A DNA stretch of 64,000 bases from an uncultured delta proteobacterium (GCA_963696385.1 CAVOKF010000002.1:79642-143641); one strand, 5' to 3'. Positions 43,757 to 56,129 are shown, numbered from the stretch's first letter. Notes: a model not told the origin generated them from the letters alone. Made by a program: numbers and translations.

Positions 43757-44743
43757 CTATCTACCTTTCCCTTCGTTGCGGCGATGACCGATAGCGCGCA
43801 GGTGCTCGCCAAGATCGATGGTGAAGCCACCGAACGGGCGGCCCACGTATCCGGCGTCTGCTATCTCGTAGTTCACCTCGAACAACGCGGAATACGGATC
43901 GACCGTCCCGGCGAGGTTGATCGTGAACAAACCTTGTCGCATCTCACCCGACTCCACGGCAAAGCCTTGCGGTGAGTGGGTGCCCCTATCGACCAGGTCC
44001 TCAAAGATCCCCTCCGGAATAGCGCCTGAATACATGCGTGGGTTGAGCACCGCAGCCCTACCTATCGCGAACGTCACTCGCTCTTTGCCGAGATCGAAGC
44101 GTACGCTTTCGGCGGGCCCCCCCCCCTTGACCAGCGATCGCACGGCGATTCGTAAGCGGACGCCGATCCCGCGCGTGTTGGCCATGATGAAGCCAAGGTG
44201 AACGGTCGAGGCGGGAGCGGAGGTCTTCTCGACGAGGTCGACAAAGTCCGCGTCGACCGAGGCCTGGGAAATGGTCACCCTGCCCGAGAGTATATTGTAC
44301 GGCGGTATGTACGGCGGAAAGGAATCGACCGGGCCATAGGCTGGACAGGTGCCATCGTACACGGCGATGGCCTGGCAGAGAATACGGCCTACCGCTCCAG
44401 GGGTTCCTACGTCCGAGGAGCCGGGCGTCCAGGCTATCGCAGCTGGCTGGCTGGTCCCCGGTTGTATAGCCGGCGGGCCTCCTATGCTCGGGTCCATGGC
44501 AGCCGCAGGGTTGCAGCCGCCCGAGGCGGTCATCAGGGCCGGGCACGAATTTGCGTCCTGCGTCCACCCCCATGGACACCACCTGAACTGCACGTTTCCG
44601 GGCTGAGAGAAATAACCTTGTGGGCTCAGGTTGTGCAAAAGCGCAGTAACCGGCGTCTCGAGCCCGATCTCCGGCTGTCCGATCCAGCTGATATCCGACA
44701 CGTCGCAAAAACCTAATTGCGGGAATAAGTTGGTCGTGTTCAT
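43757..44743 (-). CDS. Hypothetical protein
   Basis: 328 aa in an operon, RBS GAGG upstream. Confidence 0.7.
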   Translation of the reverse strand: MNTTNLFPQLGFCDVSDISWIGQPEIGLETPVTALLHNLSPQGYFSQPGNVQFRWCPWGWTQDANSCPALMTASGGCNPAAAMDPSIGGPPAIQPGTSQPAAIAWTPGSSDVGTPGAVGRILCQAIAVYDGTCPAYGPVDSFPPYIPPYNILSGRVTISQASVDADFVDLVEKTSAPASTVHLGFIMANTRGIGVRLRIAVRSLVKGGGPAESVRFDLGKERVTFAIGRAAVLNPRMYSGAIPEGIFEDLVDRGTHSPQGFAVESGEMRQGLFTINLAGTVDPYSALFEVNYEIADAGYVGRPFGGFTIDLGEHLRAIGHRRNEGKGR

Positions 44744-44767
44744 CGTAATCCTCTCCCTCGTCTTGCG

Positions 44768-45721
44768 TCAGCGATCTTGTGCCACGATGATATAAACATG
44801 TGGTTGTTTCGGAGGCGGGTCATAGGTTCGCGGCGGCACCGGAAACGGATCAGGAAGCCCATTCGTTAGTTCGTCTGTTGTCGCGACGACTGCGTAAACC
44901 ATGAGATTCACAGGAGTCGCCTCGGCTTGAAAGTCTATCTCCTCGTCCGCGGGCCAAACTCCAACAATCCAATAATATGAATTTGTATCCTTGCATTCGA
45001 GCTGCGCTGGCGATTCGAGCAGGAGCTCGTCCGTGCCCGCCTGCAGCGTCGATTCGGGCGTCTCCGCGATGCGTCGATCAGGCTGTCCGTTGGTCTCCGT
45101 GTAGAGGCCGAAGCGAATGGGCTCGGGGTTGGGGTCTGAGGTGGCGTTGACGTCGGTGAATCCGATACCGGTGACAATGCCGCAGGTGTCAGGCTGGATC
45201 TCGATGCCCACAAGATTCCCCGCAATGGGCTGAGTGTCTGGGCCGGCGCCCACGTAGCCATATCGTTCGACATCGAAGCACGTCGCGTCCTGGCAAACGC
45301 TGAAATCCTGGCACGGGGGGGTGCAAGCGCCGGCGTCACTGGGTTCGCCTTCGGAGGAAGCGTCGGGCATGCTGCCGGACGCGCCGGTCTCTTCTCCATT
45401 GAATGAGTCTGGGGCACCCTCGTCTTGCCGCACAATGTCCGCGGCGTCGACGGAAGCGGGGATGCACATATGTGCCGCGCATACGGAAGTCCCGGGGGGG
45501 AAGCCGGAGGTTCGACAGTCTTTCGCCGTGTCGCACGCCGGCTGGCAGGCGTTGGAAAGACAGATCTCGCTGCCGAGGCAGTCGGAGTCCTGGACGCACT
45601 CCACCAGAACGCTGGACCGCTGGAAACCGAACAGGTCGCTGCACCCCGCGGCGGGCAGCAGTACGCCGAGCGACGCGCCCCAGGTCACGGCCGCCCCCCG
45701 TGCTCTGCTTGACGTCACCAT
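44768..45721 (-). CDS. Lipoprotein with Cys-rich N-terminus
   Basis: PAAGC lipobox; ECVQDSDC repeat; beta-rich C-terminus. Confidence 0.8.
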   Translation of the reverse strand: MVTSSRARGAAVTWGASLGVLLPAAGCSDLFGFQRSSVLVECVQDSDCLGSEICLSNACQPACDTAKDCRTSGFPPGTSVCAAHMCIPASVDAADIVRQDEGAPDSFNGEETGASGSMPDASSEGEPSDAGACTPPCQDFSVCQDATCFDVERYGYVGAGPDTQPIAGNLVGIEIQPDTCGIVTGIGFTDVNATSDPNPEPIRFGLYTETNGQPDRRIAETPESTLQAGTDELLLESPAQLECKDTNSYYWIVGVWPADEEIDFQAEATPVNLMVYAVVATTDELTNGLPDPFPVPPRTYDPPPKQPHVYIIVAQDR

Positions 45722-46746
45722 GTCTTCTCCACGGTAAGACCCCACGCCGTTGGCCCGGCGGAAGGCTCAACGCGCAGGTCTCGGGCGGGCGACGGCAATG
45801 CCCGCGCCAACCAAAGGAAGGCCGCGCATGCGAACGAGATTGCCCCGGTCGCAGCAGCCACCGACGCCACCCCGGCTTGCCCGTACGCGCGCGATTGGAC
45901 GTTCAGCCCCTGTCGCGTACAGAAGCGACCCTGACAGTCGGCGCTGTCGTACGTCGACCGCGCAGATAACGCGAAGCCCGCCGCGACGCCCAGGGCCCCC
46001 ATTGCCACCGCGCCCATCGTCACGGCAGCGGTTCGCCGGGTGCCCAACCCGCGTGCCGAGCTTGTGCCTGTGGGGGGAGCGGGCGCTGACGCGCGTGTCG
46101 GGCGACTCAGGGGCGCGACCGCCGCCGTGGGCAACGGATCGAGCGCCGGAATTTCGATCGTCGGCGTACGCTGCGCCTCGACCTCGAGCGTCGTCGACCA
46201 GGTTTGCTTTCCCCAGGCGCTCACCTTCACGTCGTGTCGGCCTAAGTCGACAGGCGTGGGCCGATCGATCTGATGGGCTCCCAACGGCTCGCCATCGAGG
46301 CGAATATCGAGAAGGGTCGCGTCGACTGTCTTGTCGACGCGGACGACGATCCAGGCGATCGCGGCCTCGAGCTTCGCGGCGCGAGCGCGCGCCGCGCTCT
46401 CCCACTCGGACTTGCCGTCCCCGCGGGCAGCGACGGCAGCGGATTGGTACTCCGTCCAAGCCTGCGCCCTCTTGCCGAGCTTCTCGTAGCAATAGGCGAG
46501 ATTGAGCATGGTTCCCGCGCCCGGATCGAGCCTCAGACTCTCCTCGAACTCCGCGGCTGCCGCTTCGTAGGCCCCGCGATCCATCAGCTCCCGGCCCCTT
46601 CGGAACGGCTCCCATGCCGCCACCTCTCGGCCGTCGTCCTCGACTCGACTCCGCGCGGACACGCTATCCCCCTGCGCCCACGCGACGTCATCGACTACGC
46701 CGATGAACACCACCAGACGAACCGCGATCGCGAATGCGCGTGTCAT
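45715..46746 (-). CDS. TPR/PEGA-like membrane protein (myxobacterial type)
   Basis: FEESLRLDPGAGTMLNLAYCYEKLGK, GRHDVKVSA; C-terminal hydrophobic helices. Confidence 0.85.
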   Translation of the reverse strand: MTRAFAIAVRLVVFIGVVDDVAWAQGDSVSARSRVEDDGREVAAWEPFRRGRELMDRGAYEAAAAEFEESLRLDPGAGTMLNLAYCYEKLGKRAQAWTEYQSAAVAARGDGKSEWESAARARAAKLEAAIAWIVVRVDKTVDATLLDIRLDGEPLGAHQIDRPTPVDLGRHDVKVSAWGKQTWSTTLEVEAQRTPTIEIPALDPLPTAAVAPLSRPTRASAPAPPTGTSSARGLGTRRTAAVTMGAVAMGALGVAAGFALSARSTYDSADCQGRFCTRQGLNVQSRAYGQAGVASVAAATGAISFACAAFLWLARALPSPARDLRVEPSAGPTAWGLTVEKTW

Positions 46747-47171
46747 CACGCGCCCCTTATTCTGGAATGCTCGCAGGAATCCGTGCGGACGGCCTGCGAA
46801 CCGAGGCGCCGTGTGCCCGTCGCTGAGCGGCACCGGCGCGACCCCTCCGGCCGTCGCGACCATGGCAATTGCTCCAGCCTTGGCCGACCCCCGCAGGGGC
46901 CGCTCTGACGACTCGCGAGAAGATGACGATGGCCGCCATGACCGACACACACTACGCCTTACCCCACGGCGGGACAGCAGGCGATTTCAGTCGGTTACAG
47001 CCTGCGGTGCCCATGACTTCGCGTCGGGCTGGGCGTAGGCCGCCCCCGCCCCTTCTTCTCAACCCCGACGAAGCCGCTACAACGGCCAGCGCTGGTGAGC
47101 CTCATCGAGCAGATGTCGCGCGAGAATCCGCTTTGGAGCTCCAGATGCTCGGCGACTCGGTGCGGCCCCTC

Positions 47172-47282
47172 GGCGAGTAGTAAGCCCAAAGTGCGTCGGT
47201 CGACGAAGAGCCCGCGGAGGCGGGCGCGGAAACATATCGCGTCTTAGGGGCTTCCGTTGTCACCGAGCCGCGAACCCGATTT
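47172..47282 (+). repeat. GGCGAGTAG repeat, copy D
   Basis: Near-identical to copy B. Confidence 0.9.
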
Positions 47283-47791
47283 GAGAGCCGACCCCCCTCC
47301 CGGCCGGGCTTCCGACACCGAAACGGCAGACATCCGCGAAGTGGAACATGGCGTCGAGAGGGATCGACTGCGGCGGTGGCCGCGTCACCCTCGAACGTGG
47401 CCAGGTCACCCGACGCGGGTTGTTTTTCCCGTGAAATCCAGTCGCATGAGCATGGCACGAAAATGGGCGTGTTCGAGCGTCCGTGGCTGCTCTCGCACCC
47501 GCGTACGTTCCCCGTCGCCCGACCGAAACGGTCTTGTACAGGTTGGTGCGCGAGAATCTGGAATCGTTTCTCGCACACGCGCGCGAGCACTACGAGGGAG
47601 GCCTGCCCCATTACGTGGAAGCGGAACTGCGTGCTTATTTGGATTGTGGAGTGTTTGCTTGCGGATTCACACGTTGCCACTGCGACTCATGCGGCCACGA
47701 CTTGCTTGTGGCTTTTTCCTGTAAAGGCAGATCTCTCTGCCCCAGTTGCTGCGGCAGGCGTATGAAGAACGCTTCATGGTGCGTCACCTCG

Positions 47792-49870
47792 CTATGTCCT
47801 TGGAATGACGAGAGGGAGTTGGCCGGCGGTTGGTCCTGCACCCGCCCGATCGCGTCTGGCTCGCACGCGCGTCGTGACTCGCTTGGCGACCTCGTTCTCG
47901 AGATCGCTCCTTGCGAAGATCCAAGGGCCGTTTGCGAGGGGGTGGCATGCGGGCACCTCGTTGGCCTGAGCGGCACGGCGCAGCGTTCTGGTGGATACGT
48001 CCATCAGCCCGGCCGCCTCCTCGAGGGATAACCAGCCGTCGGCGCGACGACGCTCGATCGAGTGCGCGGGGATCCCTCTTGTATGGCGAAGCGAAGCAAC
48101 CAATGCACGCGTGTAGTTTGCACCGTTCGGCGTTCGGATCCCGGCCTTGCCGAGCCACGCAGCGATTTCGTGATCGGGAAAGATTCGCGCGAGGACGCGC
48201 ACGGCTTCGACGACATCCGACGATGTCGTTCGGCCACGCTCCCCGCTGCGGCGCTTCGGAACTAGCAAATCCGTATGCGCGCCTCCCTTCCAGTGCACGG
48301 TGAGCACGATTTCGGAGCGCGCTTCATCGACGTCTGCCCAGATTTGTTCAATGACGGCACGTACGATGCGCTTCTTGAGTGCCATATCGGTTGTGGCCGC
48401 GTTCCAGACGAGTTCGAGATCGCTCGCCAGCTCCGTGAAGTGATCGACGCTGGGCGGATCCACACGACGGTTTATTTCGCGTGCTGCATCGATCCGAGTT
48501 TCAATCAAGCGCTCGAGTTCGAGAGCGGCATTCCAGCGCTTTTCGAGTTCACGAGCGACTGTGCGGTTCTCGGGATCGACAGCATCGAATTGACGCTCGG
48601 CGCGGCGCGTTTGGTATTGCGCCTGCTCCAACTCGAGCTCGAGTGCTTCAATTGCTTGGTCGCGTGCACCAGCGAACTCTACCCACGCGCGCTGCGCCGC
48701 CTCGATCGCGGCCGGTCGCGTTATCGCGAGCACTCGCTTTGCGATCTGCACGTCCACATCAATTGCGCTGAACGATATGCACTTCGGATCGCCAAACTTG
48801 GCGTTCCGCCCGTCGCAGGTGTAGCGACGCACGCTCTGGGACGTCCCGCTGTAGTTGACGCCAAGACGGTGACCGCAACGCCGGCAGGACACGAGCCCCG
48901 TGAGCAGCGTCGAGCCGCGGCGCGCGGCCCCGTGTCCTCCTCGACCCTGTGTGTTTTTCGCTAGCATCTGCTCGATCCGTTCGAACTGCTGCCAACTGAT
49001 GTACCCCTCGTGATGGTCGCGCAGCAAGACCGACCAGTCGGCCCGGTGCTGCCTGACCACCTCGGAACGCAACTGACCCTCGACCACGCGCTGGCGCTGG
49101 ACTGTTCGCCCATACGCATATGCGCCCGCGTAGACAGGATTCGTCAATATCCGATATACGTCATCGTAATTTGGTTCTTTCCATACGACTTGTCGGCGAG
49201 AGCGGTTGGCCGGGAGCTTCATGCCCGCGCCGCGCATCCAAAGCATCACCTGTCGTGCGCTGCCCAGTTCGAAAAATTTGGCAAACACCAAGTCGATGAC
49301 CTGTCCGACGCGGGCGTCGGGACTCTTTTCGATGCCCCCATCGTCCCCCTAGCGGTAACCGACCGCCACTCTCGCGAACAGTTCTCCGCGAGCCGCTTTC
49401 TCGCGGCGAGCTTCTGCGCCGCGCAAGCGCAAGAGCTCGAGCTCATATTCATTCAGACTTCCTTTGAGTCCGAGCAATAGTCGATCATTGCTGAGTCGTG
49501 GGGCGTAGACGCTGTCGTGATCGACGAGGAGCGTATCTACGACGCGGCAAATCTCGATCAGCTGTTGCCAGTCCCGACTGTTGCGCGCGAAACGGGATAC
49601 CTCGCGTGCCGCGACAGCACCCACCTGACCCAGCGACACGTCCGTCACCAGCCGGCGAAAGCCTCCACGCTCAACGGAGCCGGCTGCCGACTTGCCGAGG
49701 TCCTCGTCGATCACATCGATGTCTCGCCAGCCCAGCGCGCGCAGGCGATCGCGCATTGCGTACTGCAATCGCCGACTCTCCTCATTGTGCGCGAGCTGCT
49801 GCTGCGTCGACTGCCGGACGTACAGGACCGCACGCCGCGCAAGGTGTCGTGCACTGATCTTCTCACTCAT
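47792..49870 (-). pseudogene. Large serine recombinase (~690 aa), in-frame TAG at 49349-49351
   Basis: AVLYVRQST, EVSRFARN, LTNPVYAGAY, HEGYISW, LLTGLVSCRRCG; the two ORFs are in the same frame. Confidence 0.9.
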
Positions 49871-50316
49871 CGTCCTGCTCGCTTGCTGTCGCGTCTACGA
49901 GCACGTGGACATGCTCCTTGAGCATCTGCGCGAGAATGAGCACGAGCTCCTCGCGGCATCGGTCGGGCATCCCTTCCCACACGGGAAGGCGAGGGTGCTG
50001 GTACACAAGACTGATCTGGATGGGTCGGTTGCGAGGGCTTGGTTTCATGGACGGCCGTCTCGCGCGATCCGAGTGCGGCGTCCACCGCTCCACTGTCGAT
50101 CAGAAGTTGCCGAAGCTGCCTGAGAGCCTCCAGCGACACGCACGGCTCCGCGGCGATCCTCGTTGCGGCGCAAGCAACTTCGTCCAGCATCCACGCCGGC
50201 ATCGAGATAGTCCTCGCGCCCACGCCCGAAGTTGGCGCGCAGCGAACTATGCCGTGTGCGCACCGAGCGCGTATGACGACCTGGCATCCTTGCAGCGGAT
50301 GCCACGCATATCGCAC
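49863..50316 (-). CDS. Two small accessory ORFs of the serine-recombinase element
   Basis: YAWHPLQG..MPAWMLD ORF and MKPSPR..WEGMPDRCREELVLILAQML ORF, the latter overlapping the recombinase start. Confidence 0.6.
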
Positions 50317-51855
50317 GACGCGGACCGTAGTTCCGAGCGCATCATCCGGTGTAGTTGATGGCCAACACGGCTGCCCACTTGGTCGATCGAGTCTTGCCCG
50401 ACGTCCCTGTGCGGCAATACGTTCTGTCGCTCCCGTACGAGCTTCGCAAGCTTGCGGCGTTCAAGGCCGACGTTCTCACAGCCCTGGGCCGCATCTTCGT
50501 CGAGGCCATCTTTGCCCGCTACCGCGCTCGCGCCCAGCGCGAGGGCCTCGAGGATGCGCAGTGCGGAGCGGTAACCTTTGTTCAACGCTTCGGCAGTTTG
50601 AATCTCAATGTGCATTTTCACGTGTTGGTGCTCGATGGCGTCGTGACTCGGGACCCGGACCGTCGTGTGCTCTTTCATCCGGCGGCCGCTCCGACGCCGG
50701 TCGAGCTCGAGGCGTTGGTCGAGCGCGTGATGAACCGTAGCGTGGCGTGGCTGCGCCGCCACTGCCATGTGCAGGACACGCGCTCGAAGACCGCTCGAAC
50801 GAGCCGCCGGCGCAGACCGCCCTCGACGCCTGCGCGGACATCGCCATGGGCCGCGGCACAGTCGCAACCTTGTCGAACGACGACGACGGGTCGAAGGACG
50901 ACGACCGGGAGGCGCGGCCCGACGGGCTCGTCGGCGCGGTCGAGCGAGACGGGTTCAATATACATGCCGGCGTCCGGATCGAAGCGGGCGACCATCTGGG
51001 TCGCGAACGACTGGCGCGCTACGGCGCGCGACCTCCGCTCTCGCTTGAGCGACTTCGTAGGTTGCCCGGCGGGCGGGTGGCCTATCGACTCAAGTACGTC
51101 CGTCGCGGCCGAGGCAAGTACAGAATCATGACTGGCCTGGAGTTCATGGCCCGCTTGAGCGCGATCATTGCGCCGCCTCGGTATCCGTTGGTGCGCTACA
51201 GCGGAGTGCTCGGGCCACACTCGAGCTGGCGACGCGACGTGGTGCCGAAGCCGCGCGAGACGGCTCCCGCCTGCCACCGCGCGCCCACTTCACCGCCGGT
51301 GTCGAGCGCGGCCAAGCCGGTCACCGATCCGATGGCGGGTCCCGGCCCCGCGCGTCCGGGTGCAGCGGCGCCGACAGCGGGCAAAGTCGAGAGTGCTCCG
51401 GCGCCGGCCGCCAGTTCCTCGACGAAGACGGGTCTGTCCGCGCTCCCCATCTTCGCGCATCGGGGCGAGGTCATCCCGCTCACGCCGAATGTGCTTGCTG
51501 TCAGCCACTGGGAACGGCTGCTCGGCGGCGCCATCTACGCGGCCTCGCCGCGCGTGGACTGGCCCACGCTCTTGAAACGAACGTTTGACGTGGACGTTCT
51601 GCAATGTCCGAAGTGCCACGGCCGACTGCGGGTGCTCGCCGTGATCACCGAGCGCGAGCCGGTGCGCCAGGTCCTCGCCCATCTCGGCCTGCCGACCGAG
51701 GCGCCGCCCGTCGCCCGGGCGCGCGACCCGACTGACGACGCGCAAGACGCCGAGCCGTCGGATCAACTCGAGCTGCAGCTCGCGTGAACGACCGGCCCCG
51801 AGAGCGGCGCACCGATGCGGCGCCGCGCGGGCGACGTGCGCTTTGGATTTGTTCG

Positions 51856-51965
51856 AAATCGGTTCGCCGCTCGGTGACAACGGAAGCCCCTAAGATGCGA
51901 TATGTGACCGCGGCGGTTTCCGGCGGCTCTTCGTTGACCGATACCCTTTCGACTGGCTACTCGCC
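51856..51965 (-). repeat. GGCGAGTAG repeat, copy F
   Basis: rc GGCGAGTAGCCAGTCG..GTCACATATCGCATCTTAGGGGCTTCCGTTGTCACCGAGCGGCGAACCGATTT. Confidence 0.9.
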
Positions 51966-52170
51966 CGGTCCGGCGCACCGGCTCCGTCCAAGTGGACGAT
52001 TGAGCAACTGCGCCGATACGCCTCGACGCTCATCGCACGCGTCACGGGCGCAGTCGCACAATCGCCTATTATTTATGTTTCCGTTGCACGCCAACGCACC
52101 GGTGCCCCCGGTCTACTTGGCGTGCGGCTTCCGCCCGGCACCGGACATGTTCCGGCGAGACCGCAGCGGC

Positions 52171-52653
52171 TCAGTTGCACACTCCCGTGCACATATTACA
52201 AAGCAATGAAGGATTGAGCGACGCGCCAATCGAGCAGGAAGAGCCATCCGCAAGAGAACAGTTGAGCGACGCGTTCTCGGCAGCCTCCCGGGAAATGCAA
52301 TAATACGGCGGTGGAAGTCCGATGCATTCGGACTGCGCGTCCGAGTACTCCGTCCCCTTAGGGCAGTCTCCGCCGTCGCTCGGGACACTCCAATATATGC
52401 AGGGCAGCAGATGGAAACATATCTGCGCCGCCTCGCACATCGCATCTCCGCAAGTGAACTGCCCTGCATTGCCCCCGTCGAGCACATCCGCCGCAACATC
52501 CGCGGATAGGCTCGCATCGATCTGCGCGTCGCCAGCGTCCTGCGCGTCGCCAGCGTCCGCGTGATCCGTGGAATCCGTGGCCCTGATGGACCCGCCGCAG
52601 GCAGTCGACAGGACCATCGTGAAGCAAACAAGGTGGCGCCCAAACCTCGGCAT
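52171..52653 (-). CDS. Small Cys-rich lipoprotein
   Basis: LSTAC lipobox, DAG repeats, Cys-rich C-terminal domain. Confidence 0.75.
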   Translation of the reverse strand: MPRFGRHLVCFTMVLSTACGGSIRATDSTDHADAGDAQDAGDAQIDASLSADVAADVLDGGNAGQFTCGDAMCEAAQICFHLLPCIYWSVPSDGGDCPKGTEYSDAQSECIGLPPPYYCISREAAENASLNCSLADGSSCSIGASLNPSLLCNMCTGVCN

Positions 52654-53019
52654 GGACGTACTGTACCACGCCGATTGCGCCTGTTTTGACCCGGCTCGGG
52701 GCGTCGGTCAAACGCGGCCTGGCCGCCCCACTCCGTGTTTTCCACGTTGTCGCCGACCGCGACTGCGAACGGCGGTTCGTGCGCGCCCTCCCGTCGTCTA
52801 CCCCTGTCTCGACCCGAATGTCACTTCCTGCGCGGCGGCTCTTGCTCCAGCCGTGCCCGCTCGCAGCGTCGAAACGCCCGGCCTCGGCGAGGGCGCCCGC
52901 CCGAAAAGGCCCATGCACTCGGTGACCTACAATCCGCCCTCGCTTTCCACTTGATGTTGCGCACGATCTTGATACGACGTGACGTGGGGGGGAGCGGCAG
53001 AGGGAATCTCTCTGTCTAG

Positions 53020-55290
53020 TTGCCGAAACACAGCTCTCTCAGAATATTGGAGGTCCCGGTGCATCTTCCTCGGTCGAGATCCGTGCTCTGGATACCGCTG
53101 CTTGTTCTGGGCGCGCCCCTGGGCTACCTCGTGGCCTGCGGCGAACTCGCCGAGCCCACGGGTGGCGAGACGGTCGGGCGCGAAAACGCCGCGCTCACGT
53201 TGCTGGATGGGGGAGTCGTCAGCGACCCTGTTCCATGCGCCGCGTGGGCGTATGCGGCCTTGGCCAATACCGGCAACATCGTGGCCAATTCGGGTTCGGT
53301 GGTCGATAGCTATCAGTCGTCGTTGGGTGCCTACGGCGGAACAAACGTCGGGCGCAATGCCGTCGTTCAAGCCGCAGGTACAATCTCGAACAACGGAGGC
53401 ATCATCAAAGGCACCGAGAACCAGGGCGCCGCGGGCGGCTTTTCGGTCATCCCGGCTCCTGCCAATGCGATCAATCTTCCGCTCGGCTCACCCACACCTG
53501 GCTCTCTCAACATCAACACGGCCAGCGGCAGCATCACGCTGCCTCCCGGAGACTACGTCGCCTCCAATATCAACGTCAATTTTCCGGGTGCCATCAACCT
53601 GTCGCCTGCGGGTCCCGTTCGCATCTGGGTCACAGGTACTCTCAATCTCGGTGGAAACGAGAACCTGAACGGTATTCCCGACAATCTGGCCTTCCTCGTG
53701 ACGAGTGCCGGATACGTGAACGTCAACAGCAACGGCTCACTCTTCGGCATGATCTATGCGCCGACGTCGACAATCAATGTCGATTCGTCGATCTACGGCT
53801 CGGTCCTTGGTGGACTCGTCTCACTGCTAAACTCCGAAGCGGCTATCCACTACGACCAGAGCTCGTCGTGCGCTCAAGCCACCTCGTCGAATACGCCGTC
53901 CGGACCCAGGCCCCTTCCGCCTCCTCCCACCAGCGTCGGTTGTTATTTATTCACGCTCAATGGGTGGCTACAGGTCCAATGTTCCGCCCCGACGAGTTTC
54001 ATGCCCGGCTTCCATAGTTTCGATACCAGCCAGGACGGGCTACAGGAGCTGAGCGTCGCGCCTCCCGACGGAGGGCGCGCCGAAGTGCCTCTCGTCTATG
54101 GGCAAATCGAAAGCGCCGTGCTCAGCCTGGCCTCCGAGACGAACGTGAACGCCGCTGGCAATGCCACTGACGGCTCGGCCGCCGGATGGAGCATCCAGAA
54201 TAATACCAACGTATTTTACTGCAACGGCAGCGGCGACTACTGCTTCGACCAGTTTGTGCTCGTTGGCAATGGAACGTCAGGTATGTCCGGTGTCTGCATT
54301 GAAACGTGGGATCTAACTACCGTGGTGAGTACGAATTATTGCGTAGGCGTCGACGGCACGACCGTGACTAGCACTTTCGGCGAGGAGTATAACATCATTT
54401 CGCGAGACGCCGGTCTTCAAGCCGGAGACTTCGGCAACGTCGCGGCTTACGCGTACGCCGGCGCTGACGGGGGGGCCCTTATCGCCGCCGTCGGTCAGTT
54501 CAGTTGGGTATCCAATCAGGATGTCGTTCCTTCGAGCGAGACCAACCTGCCCAATCGAGTGCCCGGGCTCTACGCCGTCGTTGCGCCCGACGCATATGGA
54601 TTGGCCAACGGGTGGACGAACGTATCCGGAGGACTCATGGGATACAACAGCTCATCGCGCTCCTTGTTCAGCAACGCGGAGGTCGCCACGCGCTTCGCCG
54701 CTTCCGATTGCCCAGGGGACGTGGCCGCGTCGGGGCCCATCTGCCCCGCAAGTCCTTCGCTTTCATCGCGCAGCGACTTCACCTGGAGTACGCAAGGCCA
54801 GCAATCTGTATTCTTAACTGTTAAGTCGGGGACTGCGGAATCCAACAACCTCGCCGATACTCGAGACGCGTCGGTTTCGTACCCAAATCAGAACTTGGTC
54901 GTCGCCGAGTCGCTCAGCACCACACAGGTGGTTCCGAACGGAGCCGCGTACGCCTCGTGTCTGTCGGCCCAGCAGAATCATTTGTTCATTCGAGATTTCG
55001 AGGGCGACTTGGGGGGTGTGCCGTCCAACGTGGGGAACGTGCCGTACTGGGAGAGCCCCGACATCTTCATCGTTCCCGCCGAGGCGGGCGCTCCGGATGC
55101 GGGCAGTTTCTCCGGCGACCTGGAGCTCACGGCGGGGGCTCCGTACAACGTCTATTTGCAGGTCCACAACGACTTCGGATGCAGCGATGTGACGGGACCC
55201 GTCAAGGTCCTCATCGACCTGGCCAATCCCGACATGGGCTTCGAGAACTGGCAACCGGTGACCGCCGGGGCGCAGTTGGGTCACTACATC
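53020..55290 (+). pseudogene. Large secreted lipoprotein (N/G-rich beta domain, WESPDI motif), 3'-truncated
   Basis: LVAC lipobox; GMIYAPTSTINV beta-helix-like region; ORF runs on into the antisense of a glycosyltransferase after ~55290. Confidence 0.75.
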
Positions 55291-56050
55291 GGTGGTCCCG
55301 GCCCCTCCGTGATGCACGACGGCGGAGACTCGAGGAAAGAGCCAGTCGTGGGGGACGCTGTCGACGCGGTAGATGGAATCCGGAAGCTCCACGCCCTGGC
55401 CCATCCCCGACCAACCGCTGGCCAGCACCGCCCGGTGCTTCGTGCGCGTGATCGCATCGATCGACAGGCGAGCGAGCTGCTCGGGGTCGCGCCCCGTCAT
55501 GCTTCCGAAGCTGAGATAGATGGGCGGGGGCCCATTCTCGAGAAAGCGGGTGAGTTCAGGCGGGGGGCGCCAGTCTGCGGCGACGGCAAGAGAGCAAAAG
55601 CCGGTGACCTGCGCGAGTGGGCCCCAGTCGCTCGGCGCGGGCAGCAAGCTCGGGCTGTAGACGTGCAGCGTGGGTATTTTCGACAGAAGCTCGGCGAACG
55701 GATTGGCACTGTGCCACGGTGCAAGACCGAGCTTTCGGCGATGGGCGTTGTGGTGCTCTCCGAAGACCGATGCCGTGACCTTTCCAAGGCTGTCGCTGAG
55801 CCTGCGTCGGAGCCATCGCCACCGCGGAGCCTTGGGCCAGACCAGAGGCTCGAGCTCGGAGCTCACGACGACCGGAAAGGGCGATACACAGAGAGCCGGG
55901 ATGCCGCGCTTCTCCGCTGTGTGGTATGCCGCGACCGCGAACGGCTGAAAGAGGATCGCGTCCGCGTCGAGGGTGGCGGCGTGGACGTCGGCCAGCCATT
56001 GCGGCGTCGACGGGAGGAACGCCCGCGCCATCGCCTCCTTGTACCGGCGC
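55290..56050 (-). pseudogene. GT1 sterol-glucosyltransferase-like fragment
   Basis: YSPSLLPAPSDW, PIYLSFGSM, VPHDWLFPRVSAVVHHGGAGTT; both termini missing. Confidence 0.88.
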
Positions 56051-56129
56051 AGGCTCTCTCCTGACTCGATCCAGTTACGCCCCGTCCCTCGGATTTCGCA
56101 CACCGTTGTCGCGTCTCTCGGGCCTCCGT

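Larger units (their letters stand above)
47483..51787 (+). mobile_element. IS91-family (Y2/HUH) transposase split by an insertion at 47765-50357, with a frameshift near 50770
   Basis: N-terminal Zn domain VAFSCKGRSLCPSCCGRRM resumes as MANTAAHLVDRVLPDVPVRQYVLSLP; HUH motif NVHFHVL; C-terminal CPKCHG. Confidence 0.9.
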
